Positions 59,206-64,000 of a stretch of 64,000 bases of DNA are shown here, one piece after another. Below the pieces are notes generated by a model, which was not told the origin of the DNA, made no database searches, and saw only the letters and a list, made by a program, of their open reading frames with translations. Origin of the DNA: Escherichia coli 042 (lineage in GTDB: Bacteria; Pseudomonadota; Gammaproteobacteria; Enterobacterales; Enterobacteriaceae); the NCBI RefSeq assembly GCF_000027125.1, contig NC_017626.1. One strand, written 5' to 3'. A program made the translations under genes and the position numbers. Position 1 is the first letter of the stretch. Each line of letters starts with the position of its first letter.

Positions 59206-60579
59206 GTGACCGCTTTTTCTACCCTGAATGTTTTGCCTCCTGCCCAACTCACGAACCTTAATGAGTTGGGTTATTTAACCATGACGCCGGTGCAGGCCGC
59301 CGCGCTTCCGGCGATCCTTGCCGGAAAAGATGTTCGCGTGCAGGCGAAAACCGGCAGCGGCAAAACGGCGGCTTTTGGCCTCGGCTTGTTACAGCAAATT
59401 GATGCGTCGCTATTTCAAACCCAGGCTTTAGTGCTGTGTCCTACGCGTGAACTGGCGGATCAGGTGGCAGGTGAATTGCGTCGGCTGGCGCGTTTTCTAC
59501 CAAATACCAAAATTTTGACGTTGTGCGGTGGTCAACCGTTCGGTATGCAGCGTGATTCGTTGCAACATGCGCCGCATATTATCGTGGCAACGCCGGGCCG
59601 TTTGTTGGATCATCTGCAAAAAGGCACGGTATCACTGGATGCGTTGAATACGCTGGTGATGGATGAGGCCGACCGCATGCTGGATATGGGATTTAGCGAT
59701 GCCATTGATGATGTCATCCGTTTTGCGCCAGCATCTCGACAGACGCTTCTGTTTTCGGCAACCTGGCCGGAAGCCATCGCCGCAATCAGCGGACGAGTGC
59801 AACGCGATCCTTTAGCGATTGAAATTGACTCAACAGATGCTCTGCCACCTATTGAACAACAATTTTATGAGACATCCAGCAAAGGCAAAATTCCGTTGTT
59901 GCAACGGTTATTAAGTTTGCATCAGCCATCCTCTTGCGTGGTGTTTTGCAATACCAAAAAAGATTGCCAGGCTGTCTGCGACGCGCTGAATGAAGTAGGG
60001 CAAAGTGCATTGTCGTTACACGGCAATCTGGAGCAACGTGATCGCGATCAGACCCTGGTACGTTTTGCTAACGGTAGCGCCCGTGTACTGGTTGCGACTG
60101 ATGTTGCTGCGCGAGGTCTGGATATTAAATCGCTTGAGCTGGTGGTGAACTTTGAGCTGGCGTGGGATCCTGAAGTTCATGTACATCGCATCGGTCGTAC
60201 AGCGCGTGCAGGAAATAGCGGTCTGGCGATCAGTTTCTGTGCTCCGGAAGAAGCACAGCGGGCCAATATCATTTCTGACATGTTGCAGATAAAACTTAAC
60301 TGGCAAACGCCGCCAGTTAATAGTTCCATTGTGCCGCTGGAAGCCGAAATGGCAACGTTATGTATCGATGGCGGGAAAAAAGCCAAAATGCGCCCGGGTG
60401 ATGTATTAGGTGCGCTGACAGGAGATATCGGGCTTGATGGCGCAGATATTGGCAAAATCGCCGTGCATCCGGCGCATGTCTATGTCGCGGTGCGTCAGGC
60501 TGTTGCTCATAAAGCATGGAAACAGTTACAGGGCGGGAAGATTAAAGGAAAAACGTGCCGGGTGCGGTTATTAAAATAA
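59206..60579 (+). CDS. dbpA: ATP-dependent RNA helicase DbpA (DEAD-box)
   Basis: 457 aa; Q-motif, Walker A (AKTGSGKTAAF), DEAD, SAT, HRIGRTAR. Confidence 0.95.
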   Translation: MTAFSTLNVLPPAQLTNLNELGYLTMTPVQAAALPAILAGKDVRVQAKTGSGKTAAFGLGLLQQIDASLFQTQALVLCPTRELADQVAGELRRLARFLPNTKILTLCGGQPFGMQRDSLQHAPHIIVATPGRLLDHLQKGTVSLDALNTLVMDEADRMLDMGFSDAIDDVIRFAPASRQTLLFSATWPEAIAAISGRVQRDPLAIEIDSTDALPPIEQQFYETSSKGKIPLLQRLLSLHQPSSCVVFCNTKKDCQAVCDALNEVGQSALSLHGNLEQRDRDQTLVRFANGSARVLVATDVAARGLDIKSLELVVNFELAWDPEVHVHRIGRTARAGNSGLAISFCAPEEAQRANIISDMLQIKLNWQTPPVNSSIVPLEAEMATLCIDGGKKAKMRPGDVLGALTGDIGLDGADIGKIAVHPAHVYVAVRQAVAHKAWKQLQGGKIKGKTCRVRLLK

Positions 60580-60707
60580 TGAAATGTTGAATCGCAGGGT
60601 GCAAGAGTAAACATCTTCTTCGGGATTGCCGGATGCGACGCTGGCCGCGTCTTCTCCGGCCTCCATAAGAGTAGCCCGATAAGCTTGCGCATCGGGCGCT
60701 ATCCGGG

Positions 60708-61643
60708 TTATTTCACTTCAACCACATTCAGTCGTAACTCATCCAACTGATTTTCATCTTCTTCAGGCTGCCAACCCGCCGGTTGTAGAGGGATCTCTTC
60801 GCGATCAAACGCCAGATCACCCCCGTTAACCACTTCAGAACCGTGGGTAATGCCTTTGAAATCGAACAGGTTGGTATCGCACAGATGCGACGGCACCACA
60901 TTCTGCATCGCGCTGAACATCGTCTCGATACGCCCCGGATAACGTTTATCCCAGTCACGCAACATGTCAGCAATCACCTGACGTTGCAGGTTAGGCTGTG
61001 AACCGCACAGGTTGCACGGAATAATCGGGAACGCTTTTGCATCGGCAAAGCGCTGAATATCTTTCTCGCGGCAGTAGGCCAGCGGGCGAATCACGATATG
61101 TTTGCCATCATCGCTCATCAGTTTCGGAGGCATACCTTTCATCTTGCCGCCGTAGAACATATTTAAGAACAACGTTTGCAGGATATCGTCACGATGGTGA
61201 CCCAGCGCGATCTTCGTCGCTCCCAGTTCCGTTGCGGTACGATAAAGGATACCGCGACGAAGACGAGAACACAGTGAGCAAGTGGTTTTGCCCTCCGGAA
61301 TCTTCTCTTTCACGATACCGTAAGTGTTCTCTTCCACAATCTTGTACTCAACGCCCAGCTTTTCAAGATACTCGGGCAGAACGTGTTCCGGGAAGCCCGG
61401 TTGTTTTTGATCGAGGTTGACAGCCACCAGCGAAAAATTGATTGGCGCGCTTTGCTGCAAATTGCGCAGAATTTCCAGCATGGTATAGCTGTCTTTACCC
61501 CCGGAGAGGCAAACCATGATGCGATCGCCTTCTTCAATCATATTGAAGTCAGCAATGGCTTCGCCCACGTTACGACGCAGACGTTTTTGTAATTTGTTCA
61601 GGTTGTATATCTCTTTCTTCGTATTCTTTTGATTTTCTTGCAT
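60708..61643 (-). CDS. ttcA: tRNA 2-thiocytidine synthase TtcA
   Basis: 311 aa; PP-loop (SGGKDS) and CxxC motifs. Confidence 0.92.
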   Translation of the reverse strand: MQENQKNTKKEIYNLNKLQKRLRRNVGEAIADFNMIEEGDRIMVCLSGGKDSYTMLEILRNLQQSAPINFSLVAVNLDQKQPGFPEHVLPEYLEKLGVEYKIVEENTYGIVKEKIPEGKTTCSLCSRLRRGILYRTATELGATKIALGHHRDDILQTLFLNMFYGGKMKGMPPKLMSDDGKHIVIRPLAYCREKDIQRFADAKAFPIIPCNLCGSQPNLQRQVIADMLRDWDKRYPGRIETMFSAMQNVVPSHLCDTNLFDFKGITHGSEVVNGGDLAFDREEIPLQPAGWQPEEDENQLDELRLNVVEVK

Positions 61644-61694
61644 TATTTCAGTTCTCTGGTACTAAATGGGGCAAATTGGGGGCAAACTTTGCAA

Positions 61695-62930
61695 CTACGA
61701 TAACCGCGCATTCAACATAGCTACCTGTTCGTCGTTCATGTCATCAATCCACATACCGTAAATTTCATACACCATCTGCGCAGTTTCATGCCCCATCTGG
61801 CTGGCTATAAATGCCGGGTTCGCTCCTGCCGTCAACAGCCAGCAGGCAAAAGTATGTCGCGTATGGTACGGATTACGGCGGCGAATACCAGCACGTTTTA
61901 CTGCTGCATTCCATCTCGCACCCAAACTGCTTACCGAGTAATAAGGTTTCTGTTTTCCGTTACACATCCTGGGCATGAAAACAAAATGCAGTTTGTGCTT
62001 TTCGGTTCTGCCGTACTCCCGATGATAAAAAGTGATTTCGCTTTTGCGATGATGCCCGGTCAGTTTGTATTGCTCCTTCAGTGCTTCAAGAGCTGGCTGT
62101 AGTAGTGTTACCGTCCGGATCCCCGCATTTGTTTTTGGGGGACCGAACATATCAAGTATCGTCAGGTTTCTTCTGACATTCACAATTCCCTTCTCGAAAT
62201 CCACATCCTCCCACGCCAGAGCTGCCAGTTCCCCGTGACGAAGCCCGGAGTAAACGGCAAATTTCCACAAGTTCTGGCTCTGTCCTTTTTCACTTTCCAT
62301 TAATGCATTGAATTCTGTTTTAGATAACGGATCAGGCTTTATTCTGTTTCGCTGTAATTTTTTTACTCCTTCAAATGGTTTGGTTGATATAAATCCCGAC
62401 TGATACGCAAAACGTAACAACGAACAGAGCAGGGCGATATAGTTATCAACTGTGCGCACGGTTCTTCCTTTTTTGTTGGATCTTGGATTATCTAGGTAAA
62501 GTGTTTCTCCATGCAGCAGTTCATTCCGGTAGTTTAAGATATCGCTATAACGAATATGTGATATTGGGGTACTCTCACAAATTATTATCCTGAGTGTTTT
62601 TAATTGTGATTTCGTTTTCTTCATTGTGTTTGTTGTTAACTCTGTCTCTTTAATTTTTGTCCAGATATCACAAAGCTCCCCGAACGTTTTTATGACCCTC
62701 GTTGTCACCATTTTTGCCCCAGTGCTGGACTGGGGAAAACGTCTTAAATACTCAAATTCACCGGAGTTGATTTCATGAACTATCAACGCTCTTAAATTCC
62801 CGGCCTTTTTAATGTTACTGTTAGTAACCTCCCAGCCTTTCAATGTTTCCCGACATCGTTTTCCTCGAAACATGAACCAGATGCGAATGTATTTACCTCG
62901 AATCTCGACACCTGTTGGTAATTTAGACAT
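61695..62930 (-). CDS. intR: Prophage tyrosine integrase
   Basis: 411 aa; tyrosine recombinase C-terminal catalytic region (HTRHTFACWLL...GHET); AT-rich codon usage. Confidence 0.9.
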   Translation of the reverse strand: MSKLPTGVEIRGKYIRIWFMFRGKRCRETLKGWEVTNSNIKKAGNLRALIVHEINSGEFEYLRRFPQSSTGAKMVTTRVIKTFGELCDIWTKIKETELTTNTMKKTKSQLKTLRIIICESTPISHIRYSDILNYRNELLHGETLYLDNPRSNKKGRTVRTVDNYIALLCSLLRFAYQSGFISTKPFEGVKKLQRNRIKPDPLSKTEFNALMESEKGQSQNLWKFAVYSGLRHGELAALAWEDVDFEKGIVNVRRNLTILDMFGPPKTNAGIRTVTLLQPALEALKEQYKLTGHHRKSEITFYHREYGRTEKHKLHFVFMPRMCNGKQKPYYSVSSLGARWNAAVKRAGIRRRNPYHTRHTFACWLLTAGANPAFIASQMGHETAQMVYEIYGMWIDDMNDEQVAMLNARLS

Positions 62931-62931
62931 A

Positions 62932-63147
62932 TCATGAGTCTTTGATAAACTGATTTATCTTTGGATAGTTGTACCAGATAATCCCTCGCTTACTGTCTGG
63001 TTTCCCTAAAGGAGATACTCGTTTGAAGTGGAAGCCTTCCTCCCAACAGTTCTGACGGTATGCTTCAATTTGTCTGGCCCCCAGACCAGTGCGAAGCATC
63101 AGGCCGTATTCAACCATCCACTCTTCATTAAAGATTACTTGTGCCAT
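62932..63147 (-). CDS. xisR: Prophage excisionase
   Basis: About 71 aa from [15 protein letters not shown]... directly upstream of the integrase; start uncertain (ORF extends to 63171). Confidence 0.75.
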   Translation of the reverse strand: MAQVIFNEEWMVEYGLMLRTGLGARQIEAYRQNCWEEGFHFKRVSPLGKPDSKRGIIWYNYPKINQFIKDS

Positions 63148-63246
63148 CGCATCACCTCTGGCAGGCGCCAATGTTAGACTGAAATTGACGCCCGATGTTG
63201 ATTATTAATAATCAGCTATGAAGTTTTAATTTGAATACAATGCAAT

Positions 63247-63435
63247 TCACGACGACTGAAGTTTCTCGCAATTAAAATTTATCAGTTTTACTTTCTGCTC
63301 TCTGGAAACGCCTGCTTCTTTTTTACCTGAGAGCATTTTTTCGCATTCTGATTTGGTTAATTTTGTTTTTGAGTACCTTGTCCAGTTAGTAGGAGTGCCA
63401 CCTTCCTTTTCAATAGTGGCGGTAATTTTATACAT
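63247..63435 (-). CDS. ydaC: Rac prophage protein YdaC/RcbA-like
   Basis: 62 aa from MYKITATIEKEGGTPTNWTRYSK...; assigned by position. Confidence 0.6.
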   Translation of the reverse strand: MYKITATIEKEGGTPTNWTRYSKTKLTKSECEKMLSGKKEAGVSREQKVKLINFNCEKLQSS

Positions 63436-63622
63436 GAACACCTCCATTATTATTTCCAGTGGTTCGTTTATTCCATCGTTCGAGTGCTTCTTTTTCACTT
63501 CCACCATAGCCGGTTCGGGATTCGCATCCGTTACACTTCGCGCGGTAATATCCTGAAATGGCTTTCACCGTTACTGATGGACAACCACAAAAAGGGCATG
63601 GTTTGACTTTTTCATACCGCAT
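63428..63622 (-). CDS. ralR: Restriction-alleviation / type I toxin protein RalR (Lar family)
   Basis: 64 aa from MRYEKVKPCPFCGCPSVTV...; zinc-ribbon CPFCG...CNGC typical of the Lar family; overlaps ydaC by 8 bp. Confidence 0.7.
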   Translation of the reverse strand: MRYEKVKPCPFCGCPSVTVKAISGYYRAKCNGCESRTGYGGSEKEALERWNKRTTGNNNGGVHV

Positions 63623-63685
63623 TGTCTTTTCTCTCATAAAATAAAATTTTGTGATGGCGGTGAGGCTACACCGCCAAAGTCAATA

Positions 63686-63999
63686 TCAGGAGCCGATATA
63701 TTCTGGTTTCATATCTGTCAGTGTCGTTTTATACGCCTCATATAATTCACCCAGATGTGGCCGGGCAGCATTCAGCGTATTTTCCAGAGCAGTAAATTTT
63801 TGTTCTGCTTCTGGATCACCTGATGAAGGAAGGTCATTTATCATCTTCTCGATACTGGCAATAGCATTGAGACGGTGATGACGCCGAACCACTTTTCCTT
63901 TAAGCTCGGCAAAGAATTCGCCGATCTGGTTTTTCTGATCCTCTATCTCTTGGCGTAATGCAGTGGTTTCCTCAGTCGTGGCCGCGCTTTCGACACGCT
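63686..63999 (-). CDS. 3' end of a prophage gene, probably recT-like recombinase (truncated by window end)
   Basis: Minus-strand frame open to the window edge, ending ...TLTDMKPEYIGS; identity inferred only from position after ralR. Confidence 0.4.
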   Translation of the reverse strand, partial: RVESAATTEETTALRQEIEDQKNQIGEFFAELKGKVVRRHHRLNAIASIEKMINDLPSSGDPEAEQKFTALENTLNAARPHLGELYEAYKTTLTDMKPEYIGS

Positions 64000-64000
64000 G

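Larger units (their letters stand above)
61650..63999. mobile_element. Left arm of a Rac-type lambdoid prophage, continuing past the window end
   Basis: Integrase, excisionase, ydaC and ralR homologs then a recT-like 3' end, in Rac order; AT-richer than flanking core; abuts the ttcA 5' end. Confidence 0.8.

Noticed and set aside
63651-63878. 75-aa plus-strand ORF in the prophage arm
   Set aside because: It is antisense to the ralR / recT-like genes and AT-rich with no start context; likely spurious.

Overview
This window reads as a well-characterised Escherichia coli chromosomal segment, not a novel system. The identification rests on reading the six-frame translations and recognising protein families and gene order from memory; no database search was run. 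Gene order is acnA (3' part) - ribA - pgpB - lapA/lapB - pyrF - yciH - osmB - yciT - yciZ - pdeR - rnb - yciW - fabI - ycjD - sapFDCBA - ymjA - puuP/puuA/puuDRCBE - pspF/pspABCDE - ycjX - ycjF - tyrR - tpx - ycjG - mpaA - ymjC - ycjY - pgrR - mppA - ynaI - ynaJ - IS200-family element - uspE - fnr - ogt - abgTBA/abgR - smrA - dgcM - zntB - FnrS - dbpA - ttcA, then the left arm of a Rac-type prophage (intR - xisR - ydaC - ralR - 3' end of a recT-like gene). Every ORF longer than about 100 aa that is not embedded antisense in a conserved gene has a recognisable identity, so I found no large unexplained gene cluster. What is worth a second look is small-scale: an IS200-family insertion, the prophage junction at ttcA, the apparent absence of the ycjM-ycjW/ompG block between pspE and ycjX, a 30-bp box shared by the mpaA and mppA upstream regions, direct repeats in the ycjY/pgrR control region, a GC-rich repeat cluster, and a short proline-rich ORF beside FnrS.
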